In this document: piece after piece, positions 1 through 11,944 of the stretch | Layout of the letters: each line of letters starts with the position of its first letter | Position numbering within the stretch: the stretch's first letter is position 1 | Assembly (NCBI GenBank): GCA_040437565.1 | Contig: JBDOQK010000047.1 | Coordinates: 248,001 to 279,153 of the forward strand | Direction: 5' to 3' | Length of the DNA stretch: 31,153 nucleotides | Source of the DNA: Albugo candida | Taxonomy: Eukaryota | Made by a program: the position numbers and the translations under genes | Notes under the pieces: model-generated | The model's database searches: none | Told to the model about the DNA's origin: nothing | The model's input: the letters and a program-made list of their open reading frames with translations, nothing else

Positions 1-14
1 TGTGTTCTTTACAG

Positions 15-1304
15 CACCTGGCTGAAGTGGCACGTGAAGGTGCTCTAGCGATAGGAGGAAACGTGTTGGATTTTGGATTGCAAACAACGCCGCAATTACA
101 TCATCTTGTTCGAATGGTAAGAATACAACCTCGGTTTTTCCACGCGAGCTGACAAGTTTTGTTTTCGTAGTGGAATTTTGAGCATTACAATAAGGGAGAT
201 TGGGCGTCAGAAGTCGGATATTACAACATGCTTGTTGATGGATTCAAACAGCTGACCGGATCGCAAGATTCGAAAAAGCTCGAAATGCGTACTCCTCTTT
301 ATGTCGATTGTGCCCATGGCATTGGTGCGACACAATTGGCAAAGCTTGCAAAGGAACTGGGAGAATGTTTGCATCTGGAGGTCTGTAATCTTCCCAATGA
401 TGGAGAATTGAATCATGAATGTGGTGCTGATTACGTCCAAAAAGCTCGTAAATATCCCAGTGGATTTTCACGAGATAACGACAAAGGAAAGCGTTGTTGT
501 AGTTTGGATGGTGATGCTGATCGCGTGGTGTTTCATTACTTTGACGAGAAGGCAGATTGGCATCTTTTGAACGGAGACAAAATCGCATGCTTATTTGCCG
601 AATTCTTTTTGGAGAAATTGAAAGTGTTGGATCTGGACAAGTCAGTGCCACTCGGCTGTGTACAAACGGCTTATGCCAATGGCGCATCAACGCACTATTT
701 ACGTGAAAAAGGGATCGAGGTGGTTGTTGCTGAAACTGGCGTCAAGTTTTGTCATGCAAAAGCATCAGAGTTTGACATTGGTATCTATTTCGAGTCAAAT
801 GGCCACGGAACTGTTCTGATTAAAGACGAGCTGGTAGAGAAGCTTCAGAAATGGGAAAGCTCTACTCATGATGAGCGTAAAAAGCAAGCTATCATTCAAC
901 TTCTCGCATCTCATCAGTTGCTCAATCAGGCCACAGGAGACGCCATCAGCGATTTATTGTTTGTTGAGGTACTTCTGATTCAGAAACAGTGGTCGATCGC
1001 GGATTGGGACGCTGTTTACTGCGACAAACCGACCCGAGAAACAAAGATTCCAGTAGAGGAAATGAAGAGTGCGGCGGAATGGAGCTCGAATGCTTTTCAA
1101 CAAAACGTGGATGAGATCATCAGTGAAATGGCCGTCAGTAATGCTCGGGCGTTCGTGCGGGCATCTGGCACCGAGAGTGTTGTTCGTGTATTTGCGGAAG
1201 CCGATACCCAGCAAGATTGTGACTCATTAGCACTGAAGATTGCGCAATGGGTCCACTGCCATTGCAATGGCGTTGGACCGTCGCCTAATGCATTTGTAGC
1301 GTGA
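15..1304 (+). CDS. PGM3: Phosphoacetylglucosamine mutase (PGM3/AGM1 family), 3' part; exons 15-116 and 171-1304, 5' end upstream of the window
   Basis: Exon 15-116 encodes ...DFGLQTTPQLHHLVRM. Intron 117-170 (GTAAGA...TTCGTAG) joins in frame to WNFEHY...YNML. Family motifs: VDCAHGIG, metal loop SLDGDADR, GCVQTAYANG, GVKFCH, sugar loop GIYFESNGHGT, NQATGDAISD, phosphate loop FVRASGTE. Acceptor-like TTTACAG ends at 14. Confidence 0.93.
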
Positions 1305-2114
1305 AGCAGTGACTTCCCACAACGCCATTTTCGGCAGCTTAAGTGTCAATAAATCCTTTGGAGTTGGAATTAATTACTTTTGTACCATTAACTGATAGGC
1401 ACAGATAAGTTAATTCCAGTAAACACTTCTGAGCCACTCAGTGCTCATAATCTTTTTCGCCTTATAGTACACAAGCCGTTTAGCGTAATTTTTTTTCCTT
1501 AGAACATACCGGCGCTCCCACGTATGGAATAGGATTCAGTGGACAAATGATTACTTTGAATCAGCTACACTGAACAGAGTTTTAGTCGACTCGATCCAAA
1601 TTTGTTGAAAATATGAAACAAACTGATGTCCACTATCTTTTAATCCGTAGTCCAACGATGCACTTACATTTACTAATCAGAAGGCGTAATTATTAATGTA
1701 GTGCTACACGCTACGTATGCGAAAAATGAGCTGCTACCATTTGAATTTTTTCAAGTCGATGGCAGTTGTCTCATTGTTTACGTTTGTTACTACCCCGCTT
1801 TTACACGTAAATACACCGTTTCTTCTCGAATTGTGTGGTTGCTTACTATCTTGGACGTTGCATTCTCGATCGTTTTGCATTTTCGTCTTGTTGTGGAGAA
1901 ACTTGAAATTTTTGGGTACCATTCGAAAATTTCGAGGAAGCCCTTATACCCACCGTTCCGTGATCGGATTGGCTTGAAGTATTTTACGGATCCACTAAAA
2001 ATTTCAATGCTCTGAATACGTAAAGATGAGATTTTGAGTGTTTTTGAAGACAAATTTGTGTTCATTGCGAATTGATCGAGTTGGCTGACACCTCGTTATT
2101 ATAATATAATTCAC

Positions 2115-2813
2115 ATGAAACGACAACGATCAAACTCGTTTCAGACAGTTATCCATCCCAGCTTCGATCAACGCAGACTGAATCCCGCTGTGTATCACGG
2201 CGATCGAAAGTACGGATTGGGATGCACACGTATCGATAATAAAGACTGTGTAAATACCCTTGTCACATGCCGACAATCACATCAAGTCTTCGGTACGCAA
2301 GAGAAGATGGAGACAACAACAGCAGAACAGCTACCATTCTATGGGTTTTTCGCTACGACCGTTTTCGATCGAGCGATTATGTCGCGGGAAGAATGCATTG
2401 TTCTCGCTTCTGAAATGGCGATGGATTTTTACAGCGAATTGAGCATGTTGTATGATATGACATTAGAGCTGAAGGACACAAATGAAGGCACACGACATAT
2501 GGATGAACTGGTTGTCATATTACGTACCGCTCTACAAGACAGCTCGGTGTTCCCAATCACATTGGAGACAGCAAAGGCAATGGCACTCAATATCAGACGA
2601 ATCTATACCGGTCTTATTCGGGTGTATCTTTTTCTCTTTCAGCATTATCATCGAGCATTTATGCTATTAGATGTTGCAGAATTACTTTCTGCTTGTTGGG
2701 AACGATTATTAGCATTTTCAGTGGAGTACAAGGTATTAGAAAATGATGCCATTCATCAGGCACACAATTTGATCCTACGGATCACCAGTTCCACCCTAAA
2801 AGATAGCATCTGA
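2115..2813 (+). CDS. Divergent MOB kinase activator-like (Mob1/phocein fold) protein, 232 aa
   Basis: The C-terminal half aligns by eye with the Mob1 core: MDFYSELSMLY ~ VDFFNQINMLY; HMDELVVILRTALQDSSVFP ~ YIDYLMTWVQDQLDDETLFP; IRRIYTGLIRVYLFLFQHYH ~ AKTILKRLFRVYAHIYHQH; LSACWERLLAFSVEYKVLE ~ LNTSFKHFIFFVQEFNLID. Confidence 0.7.
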   Translation: MKRQRSNSFQTVIHPSFDQRRLNPAVYHGDRKYGLGCTRIDNKDCVNTLVTCRQSHQVFGTQEKMETTTAEQLPFYGFFATTVFDRAIMSREECIVLASEMAMDFYSELSMLYDMTLELKDTNEGTRHMDELVVILRTALQDSSVFPITLETAKAMALNIRRIYTGLIRVYLFLFQHYHRAFMLLDVAELLSACWERLLAFSVEYKVLENDAIHQAHNLILRITSSTLKDSI

Positions 2814-2923
2814 CACACATACACATAAATACATACTATACCATTGGTATACCCTTCCTTTTCTACTACACTGTATACTACCGGGCGTCCGATCGCTGAC
2901 GTCAGACGCTGTTGGGTTATGTG

Positions 2924-5900
2924 ATGACAATTCTGTGTGACGTGCTCAATTATCTGCTCCATTCTTGCACTTCTGGGTCCTTTCACAATGACTCTGAACC
3001 TATCGGCAACTCAAATTACCAGACATTACAACTTTTACCTGCATTTGAAGCCACAAAAAAACGCCGATTCTCGACCAATTATGCGGTCGAATGCACTATA
3101 GAATTGGAAATTCCGTCTTATTTTCTCGAAAAAGAGGTACAGTATCACTCCACCAATGATTTATTCCGTGTACTTGGTATTGAAACGATCCAAACGACCA
3201 AAAACAACGCAGAATACCACATAACTGTGAAATCCATTGCAAGCAACAGCAAGGCTGATAAAGTGGGAGTACAACGGGGTGCGGTCATATCTCGGGTTCA
3301 GACAGAAAATCTGCGATATGTGTGCTACCGAGACGCACTGACACGAATTCAAGAAAAACTGCGAGAGTTTCACGAAACAAAAGCCGTTCATTTTCATGTG
3401 GAATTCTTACAGTGTAATCAAGATGCATTGTACAGCAATCCAGACGTGTACGCAATCACTCAATTTCCATCCCCACAAGGCAGACGATTGCCCCACGTTC
3501 ATCAATTTGCAATTGCAGAAAGCGATTGTGTCAATACTACGGAGAAATCCATTCCTTCTGAGGATCCCAATCGATCTCAGCCATTCGTATACGGGATACC
3601 GAATCCGCCAGTTAGTCGACATCACGTCAATTCAAGTCGTCCCAGGAATCAGTCAACGCGTCATTTTTGGATGTCGGATCGCTCGGCGAAGGCTTGTTAT
3701 GAATGTGATAAATTGTTCACATTTTTCCGACGACGACATCATTGTCGGTCGTGTGGGCAGATCTTCTGTTCCGATTGTTGTACCAAACTGCAGCATTCAG
3801 GGACATCCGTCATTATGAACGAGTCTATGAAAAAGCTTAGAAAACAACTCGTTTGTCATACGTGTCATCGCCAATTACGGGAAGGTTTGCAATTGGATGT
3901 CAGTGGAGGCCTCGATGTCGCGATAACGAATGCGGTCGTATTGAATTCCAAGACCAATAAAGTGACACGAAGCACCAGTGGTAATGGAAGCTTCCTCTTT
4001 GGAGATCAATCGATTGGAAGTGTGGGGTCTGTCGTCAAACACACGTGGAAGCATCCGAAATTTGATACGATCTATCAAGACCCTTCACCAAGCTCACAGA
4101 CGCTGATGCTCATACCGCCCAATATCGCAGCAGCGCTCCAAAAATCATCGACAACAAACAGGGAGTCCACCCGAACGTGTCAGTTGGAGACTGGAGAACT
4201 CTTTGAAAAAGACGATATGAATGATGATATTCGGCAATTACCTCACGATCAATTTCATGAGAAAATGCGATCATCAGCACTCTTTAGCATCTTTCCCAGA
4301 GTCCAGATCGTAGCCAGTGTCCAACAATTCACGCATCAGCCGCGCTTCCGCGTTGTTGGAACCTCGCGACATTGTGAGTCTGTAAAGCGTCGAAGTCGCA
4401 GCAGAAGCCTTCCACTCCGATTATTGAATGTGACAAAACAAGTCTTGGCGGAAATCGTACCGAAAGAAATCCAAAGTATGGTCGCAATCAAACTGAAGCG
4501 ATCGAATAGCGATGGAAATTGCTACAATCCAAGCCAACGTCGATGGAACGAGAAGGAATTCAAACAGTTGATTGAAAAATCCAACAAGGAAGCTCTTGTT
4601 GCAAACACATTGCCTCCTTCACATACTTTGCGACCACGACAACGAGCTATCTCTGTCACTATTGGAGACGTCCATTTTGGCCATTTGACCAAGCAAGATC
4701 CCTGGGAAATTCGTGCTCAATCGGAAGCGAAATACGCCGAACAAGAATCCACTTTTCGATCATTGAGTGTGACGAACACCCTTCCGTCAGGATCTCTCGT
4801 ACCGACAAAGGCATTCTCTAAGGAGTTAGCGCTCTTACATAGCATTGGATTGTCGAAAGATGCGATCGCGAATTTTGAGGATATGGAGGCTATCCGTCGA
4901 GAAAAGCTCGTGTCTGAAACCATGACCCATCATGCGAAAAAGCGGACTGAAGAGAAGATCACTCGTTTATTTCAGTCGCTATCGTGTGTTTCTCGACTTT
5001 GTCACATCGAACAAGAAGAATGGATGCGAATCATTCAAGAATTCTCTCATCGAGCAGCGACATTGATTCTTTGTGAGCCAGATACTGGCGATCGGATGGA
5101 TGTGATGGAGTATGTTCAGATCAAATCCATCAGCTCCGGCAACGCGGAAGACAGTTTCTTCATTGATGGAGTGCTTGTGCATCGCTCGTTGGCGAGAAAA
5201 GGAATGCGTACAGACATCGAGTATCCTCGCATCATGCTGATCGCTTCATCGTTGGAGTATCAACGCAAACGCGACGCTCTTTCGTCCTTGGAATCCGTCG
5301 CGAATCAGGAAATCGAGTACATGCATTTGATCACTGAAAAACTGATGATATTTGGTCCCGATATCGTGTTATTTGGTGGTCATGTGCATCGCGTTGCTGA
5401 GGAACTTTTGTTCAAGGAAAATGTTGTGGTCGTCAAAAACGTTCGACTCGTTGATCTCCAGCGCGTTGCACGGAACACTGGCGCCTCGCTACTCGCATCT
5501 TGCGATCACGTCGATAAGATATCGGAAAAGAATGTGCTTGGAACGTGTCGGCGCTTCTACGTGTTGATCACCGAACAAGAACCAAGAAGCGAGCGAAGAA
5601 TGAGACCTTTATTCGTATCGAATTCGGTGCCACAGGATCGTCAGAAGCGGCCTCAGCGGCAGAATATAGTGTTTGATTGTGGACCGTGCACGCGAGGATG
5701 CACAGTGTGCTTACGTGGAGCCTCTGATGAAGTATTAGAGGAGATATCATCCGTTCTTTGTGAGATCATTCGGTCGGCTTACAACATGCGACTACAACGG
5801 GCACTGTTGGTGTCTTCAGGCTTTCTCCCCGTTGTTTCGGATGCTACCATACGATCCTTTGCTGAAGAATGGTTTGTCCAGCACTCGACATCGTTGTATC

Positions 5901-8816
5901 TGTCGCTCAAATCCAACTCATTATCAATGCGAGCAGCGCTCAAGGAATCTCGAGCATTATGTAAACCGTGTTTGACGCAAACTTTACACACCAATGAGCA
6001 TGGAAAAGGTCCAAGATCGAGTTCCGATGGTGAGCGGAATTGTGCCTTCAATGTACGATCGACGGAAGATCTCTGCAATCGTATTTTATTTTCCACTTGT
6101 TGGAGCTCTTTGGACGGCAAAACGGCTTCAAGCGCCGAGATGATGTGCATTGATTTTTACTCGTCAAACGATTGCTCCCTCGGTCAATTTCTGATGAAAT
6201 TCTGCTTTGATCGACGAAATCGCGATTTCCGACGTGCATTTCGCGGGTCAAAGCTCTCGTTCTCGCACGATACGACTCGTATTACGCTTTCTGTCAAAGA
6301 TCTCTTCGATGCCAAAGAAATGAATGAGAAGCAGACGCAGTCATTCGACACAAAGCCTGGAGACTCGCTGTCGCCTCGTGTCTTATTACGTGTGATCAAA
6401 TCAGATCAGGCGCTCATGTGGTCCAGAAAAGTTGATGAAAATGCCAATGGATCCAATTCGGTAGCGAGTCGATACTCTCACGTCCATCGCGATGTTTGGA
6501 ATTACTCATTTGGGAAGTTTCTCGAAGATTTGTTTTATGGGAAAACGATGGACATTGATACGTGTCGTCTACCGCATTTACAAGTCCAAAACTCACGTGA
6601 TCCAAGTCTTGTTCGCTACTTTTCCAAGCAAGGACGAATTGTGAGTTTGCAATATGAACCGCTGGAACCAGTGCTGCATGTCGCCTTACAGCCAATATTG
6701 TGGCAGGATCACATTGACCAGAAGGAGCAACTTGAAGCTGTACAAGAACTCTGTGCTCTTGCGTCCCAAGTGTACGCGGTCACCACTGAAAAGGTCGAGG
6801 AATCCTTGGCCGATTTCGTACCACCGCCACACGCGAAATACAATCTGAAAATCCTGCAAAATGAAGTCCGACAATGGTACTCGTGCTACGCGCTTAAGAT
6901 CGAAACGGATCCTCCAACTGATATATTTGCTAAAAATCGTCACATCAAAGAGATTTACCAGCACGCGGCCGATTGGAGTCTTCGAATCCGACAAGCCACA
7001 CACGCAACTGTCAAATTATCATTGAAACATCCCGAAAATAGTCCCAAATCGATGCTTCCTCGTGCGTGGTTTAGCGAATTAGCGACTGAAATGGATAAAC
7101 AGGGGACTCCACTCTCAAACTCTGCCTCCGAACTGAGCACTTTGGATGAACATCCGACTTCCACAGAACATCTTGAATTGATGACACCAATTATGGAAAA
7201 TGCTGGCGATTTGAGCAATTTGGCGACGGTAGCCCGAGATCTTGCAACGCGAAGACACGCTACGACGACACCTTCGAATGGCTTTGGTGTTGTTTCCAAT
7301 GAAGTGACAAATACCTTGAACACGCATTGGCGTAATGGAATCTATCGCAATGTCACATTTGAAGATGGAAGCTTGGAATACGGGACACATGACGACGATC
7401 ACGTTGCGCACACATTTCCAGCTCATGATTTTTCTTGGGAAAGTAGCACGCATACACCGAATCCTTCTGCAGCTGCTCAGAGTTCCTATTCGACTCAAAT
7501 GGCTTTGGAAGCATTTCAAAAATCTCGTCAGCGATGTGGAGCATACGGCTTGGGGTACTTCACGATCCCAAAGAGTATCCTTCAGAATCATCCGAGCCTT
7601 CCCGTTGGTGTCAAAGACACTGTGATTCTTGTGAACCCTTCTCAGCCAACTTCTGTTGTCGCGTACTCGCTGTGTTCCAAGTTTTACACGCGACAATTGA
7701 ATGATTTCCTGGCACGAGAAAGCTCACAATCACACTTTCGGACACAGACGTGTCTTCAGATGGAAACAAACGGTCTGAGTGTCGAAGAAGAGAATGAACG
7801 ACTCGATAATCTTCGCTCTTGTCGTCGGACCAATGTGGATCATGTGTTTGTGGATGAGAACGAATTCCAACCCGCCACGCGATTCAGTTGCAAATCGTAT
7901 TACGCCATGCAATTCCACGCATTACGACGTCTTTATTACGGCGGAGATCGCAATTATATCGAATCTCTGTGTCATTGTGAGCAATGGAATGCAGCAGGCG
8001 GTAAATCTGGCGCAGAATTTCTGAAGACTTTGGATCAGCGATTTATTGCAAAAGCCATTCCTCAGATCGAAGTACAAATGTTTTTGAGTATGGCCAATGA
8101 TTACTTTGCGTATATGGCGAAAACGTTTCAAGACAACTTATCGTCGATGCTGAGTAAGGTCCTCGGGATCTACAAAGTCTCCGTTTCGGTACGTGTTGTA
8201 TCGCTGCTCCATACCAAATGCTGATGATTTGTATCGATAGAATGACGTCGAGCAGACAATGTGCATTTTGGTGATGGAAAATCTGATTTATGGACGCGAA
8301 GTGAATTTCTCATTTGATCTGAAGGGAAAGCTGGAAGGTCGATTTCGTACGTCCAATGCGGTAGCATCGAATTCTGTTCTTTGGGATCGCAATTTTGTGG
8401 AAATGGCCAGTGGAATTCCCTTACCATTGCAGGAATCTGCCATGTCGCTGTTGCTTTCTGCGGTAATGAATGACACATCGTTTCTGGCTTCCGTGCAAGC
8501 GACCGATTACTCCATGCTTGTGGGATACGATCTCGGAAAACAAGAGATTGTCGCGTGTATCATCGATTACATCCACAAGTACGACTTTCTCAAGATGGTA
8601 GAGCATGCAGGCAAACGGCTGATACAAGAAGAAGATGAAATTACAGTACTAAACCCCAAACATTATCGAAAACGGTTCTGTCACGCGATGACAAAGTACT
8701 TTACAACCATTCCGTCTCGATATACGCGTGTGACAACTGTCGTGCGAGCCGGTTTGAATGCAACGAGTCTTAGTGGAACGCTTTACGATGACAGTACGAT
8801 GGAAGCACCCGTATGA
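2924..8816 (+). CDS. FAB1: 1-phosphatidylinositol-3-phosphate 5-kinase (FAB1/PIKfyve family): PDZ-like, FYVE, Cpn60/TCP-1-like and PIP kinase domains; exons 2924-8188 and 8241-8816, ~1946 aa
   Basis: FYVE: WMSD...CYECDKLFTFFRRRHHCRSCGQIFCSDCC...VCHTC. CCT-like region: MDVMEYVQIKSI...SFFIDGV...KGMRTDIEYPRIMLIASSLEYQR. IDFYSSNDCSLGQFL and SFGKFLE motifs. Kinase: PTSVVAYSLCS, GGKSGAEFLKTLDQRFIAK, DLKG, DYSMLVG, IIDYIHKY, TVLNPKHYRKRF. Phase-0 intron 8189-8240 (GTACGT...GATAG) joins the two ORFs in frame. First in-frame ATG is at 2924. Confidence 0.95.
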
Positions 8817-9026
8817 GTCGATGTCAGTGACGTCTTATGCAATGGAAAGCGTGAATATGCATCAAAAAAGAGAATTTGCAGGCACACGTGTCTCAATCGC
8901 GTTCGTCGTTGAGAACATACGAAAGAAGGAAACGGGAAATAGAATTGAAAGCGTAAAAGCAACGCGCCAATTCCTGCAGCTTTCTGACTTGTTTTATGTG
9001 ATTCGTGCAATGTCAATAATATCCAT

Positions 9027-9170
9027 CAATCAAAGCTCTTCTTGCTTANNNNNNNNNNNNNNNNNNNNNNNNNNNNNNNNNNNNNNNNNNNNNNNNNNNN
9101 NNNNNNNNNNNNNNNNNNNNNNNNNNNNNNNNNNNNNNNNNNNNNNNNCAATCAAAGCTCTTCTTGCTTA
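9027..9170. other. 100-N scaffold gap with 22-bp overlap (assembly artefact)
   Basis: 9027-9048 equals 9149-9170; Ns at 9049-9148. Confidence 0.9.
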
Positions 9171-9360
9171 AATTCTCTATCAAATAATATATTCTTTGTT
9201 TACGTTATCTCCTATAGCTGATTTTCGTAGCATTTGGTTCTACGGAATTGGACCATTCTGACTATGAAATGCGTAAAAGCATTATTTTTACACCTTGATT
9301 GCGTCAAATTTTTACCGAACCAGGTACACCACGAGATATAGAATACGTAACGAATAAATA

Positions 9361-11944
9361 ATGGAAGCTCACATAATGGAAGAAACCCTTTCAGTAACAA
9401 ATGATCTCATTGAGAGAGTTACAATTACCACCAAAGCTACATCTGTTAAAGATCGTATTGATAGATTACATAATGCTATAAGCACAGTTCAGCAGTGCAT
9501 ACCGCAACGCGAAATGAATTCAAAGAAAAGTGCCATCGGATTTGTTTCTTCCGTACTGAAAGACCCACAGAAAACAGCACCACGGGTACCGATGGAACCG
9601 GATGCGCTGCCTGCAGAGACTACCGAGAAAAAGATAAAGGTTCATCGATTGACTGATGCGGCAGCCAGGCACGAGAGCTGGATGGAAGTGGATGGAGAGG
9701 ATCACGACAGAGAAGAGTCTGATGAAGACGAGGAGGAAGAACCGTATACGATACAATGGGAATGTGGGTCTCTTGGAATCGTATTCAAGACAAATTCGAG
9801 TGGAAAAGCGATTATCCGTAAGGTGAATCGCAAGGGAAATGCAAATGGATTGCAATTTGCGCGGGTGGGTGACACCCTTATTGCAATGAATGATGCATCG
9901 ACCGATAAGATGTCGTATGCAGCGATGATGGACACACTTCGGAACCCAAAGCTTCCCATCACCTTGCACTTTTTACCAATTAGTATCACTCATTCAGACG
10001 GATCGGAGAAAGATTCCGAAATGAAGAATCAGCAACGATCGACAAGCACAACGATTCCGGAAGACTTGCCTTCCACTTCGACATCGGAGCAGCCTTCGTC
10101 AGATTTGTTGAGTATGGCTTCCAAAGATGGAAGCGTCAATGTGGATTTCCCAAAGCTTGGTGAAGACGAGTTTGATGTCGTATGGGATCGTGGACCCCTA
10201 GGATGCGGACTCAAACAGCGTCGATCTCTTCCAGTAGTGAAATCCGTCACAGGAGCGGCAAAGNNNNNNNNNNNNNNNNNNNNNNNNNNNNNNNNNNNNN
10301 NNNNNNNNNNNNNNNNNNNNNNNNNNNNNNNNNNNNNNNNNNNNNNNNNNNNNNNNNNNNNNNCACATTGACGCTTCCATCTTTGGAAGCGTCAATGTGG
10401 ATTTCCCAAAGCTTGGTGAAGACGAGTTTGATGTCGTATGGGATCGTGGACCGCTAGGATGCGGACTCAAACAGCGTCGATCTCTTCCAGTAGTGAAATC
10501 CGTCACAGGAGCGGCAAAGAGTCCATCAGTGATGCAAATTCGATCAGGCGATTTTTTGCTGTTGATCAATGGATTACAGACGGGTGAGATCGGATTCAAA
10601 GAGACCGTGAAAGTGCTTCAGACAGCTTCAAAACCCGTATACCTTCGCTTCCGTCGTAGAAAACCGTCCGAACAGCATACCTCAGCACGAGATTTTGCAT
10701 CACAATATCACTCAAATATGGCAGATTTTCAGACCCCTCCCATCCAATACACTGTTACCTGGAAAGAGGGACCACTTGGAATTCAAATCAAAGCTCGCGC
10801 CGATGGTTTTGTGTATGTTTCCAAATTTACCGGCCTCGAAGGAAAGGCGTCATCCGTCAGTAGTGAAATTGCTATTGGCGATGTTTTTCTAACCATTGGA
10901 AAAGTTGAAATAAAGACCATTGGGATAGCTGCTGCATTTCAATTGCTTCGAACTGTGGCTAAGCCTGTCAATTTGGTGTTTGAACGGCCCACCACAAAAG
11001 CCTTGTTCACTCAGCAGCGCCACACTTTTGGTGATTCTGACCCTAAAAAACCACGCAGCATAGATGCTGGAAGAGGATCTTGGGCTGGAGCCGGAAGCGG
11101 TACGCGACAAGAATTTGATTGTCCCAAGCTTGAAGAATGTCACTTCAAAACACAAGCTGCACCCGACACTGCAGACGTAACCAAACAACCTATCGATGAA
11201 AAGGCGATCAATCCTGTCTCACCACCAAGATTCTCTGATCTCGTATCTGGCACAATAGCAACGAAATCACTCAAGGAATTGCCCCCTCCACCCCCATACG
11301 CGGAGATATTTACAAAAGATGGACAATGGCGAAGATCTGGCCAAATAAATACATTTTCGCTGCTGCCATTACCAAATGATGCACAAATAAAACAATCGGA
11401 CGACGGCGATCAGGGAGTCGATGGAGGTTTGTCGGGAGTACCATGCACAATGGACACACAAGGACGCTTGGATCCGAACGAACTCCGTCACCATGACAAA
11501 TATTACTATCTACGACAGCAGTACCTCGCAGCTGAGCGAGAACGGAATATGGGTCCATCGAATTCTGCACACAGACATCCATCCATTTTGACATCGTACT
11601 CGGATATCGACGATTCTGAAATTATGACCGCTGCGGTAATGCGTCAACGCACAGCAAACACTCTTATGCAATCAAAAGCTCCTCCACCGGTAACTTCAAC
11701 TCCAGAATTATGGATTCGATGGTCAGAAGGACCTCTTGGGGTTACATTTAAGCGATTTGAAGGAAGAATCGTTCTCTCTCGGCTCACCGGCATGGGGTAC
11801 TCCAAAGGATTGGATCAGTTAAGTCCGGGAGATTGGCTGGTTAGCATCAACGATGTGGATACGCGAAATATGAAATTAAGCGATACTATGAAACTCTTAA
11901 AATCCCTGACAAAGCCATTAGAAATGTGCTTTGTCTTGCAGTAG
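9361..11944 (+). CDS. Multi-PDZ-domain scaffold protein (four PDZ-like domains), ~775 aa once the gap overlap is collapsed (9361-10263 + 10520-11944)
   Basis: Four repeats begin W-x-x-G-[SP]-L-G (QWECGSLGIVFK, VWDRGPLGCGLK, TWKEGPLGIQIK, RWSEGPLGVTFK), each followed by a GD-x-[LF]-x-x-[IM]-[NG]-type strand (GDTLIAMN, GDFLLLING, GDVFLTIG, GDWLVSIN) and a [KL]P-x-x-[LM]-x-F end. The two ORFs overlap across the N gap. Confidence 0.85.
10128..10519. other. 100-N scaffold gap with 136-bp overlap and fold-back end (assembly artefact)
   Basis: 10128-10263 equals 10384-10519 except C10197/G10453; Ns at 10264-10363. Confidence 0.9.

Noticed and set aside
1701..2065. Overlapping short ORFs (104, 86, 62, 91 aa) upstream of the MOB-like gene
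   Set aside because: No recognisable motifs, several non-ATG starts and T-rich composition; most likely promoter/intergenic DNA.
2896..2905. Palindrome CTGACGTCAG (CRE-like TGACGTCA) just upstream of the FAB1 ATG
   Set aside because: A single 8-10 bp palindrome is expected by chance in 31 kb; no supporting evidence.
3161..8627. Many antisense and alternate-frame ORFs inside FAB1 (up to 193 aa)
   Set aside because: Shadow ORFs of a long CDS with no domain signal.
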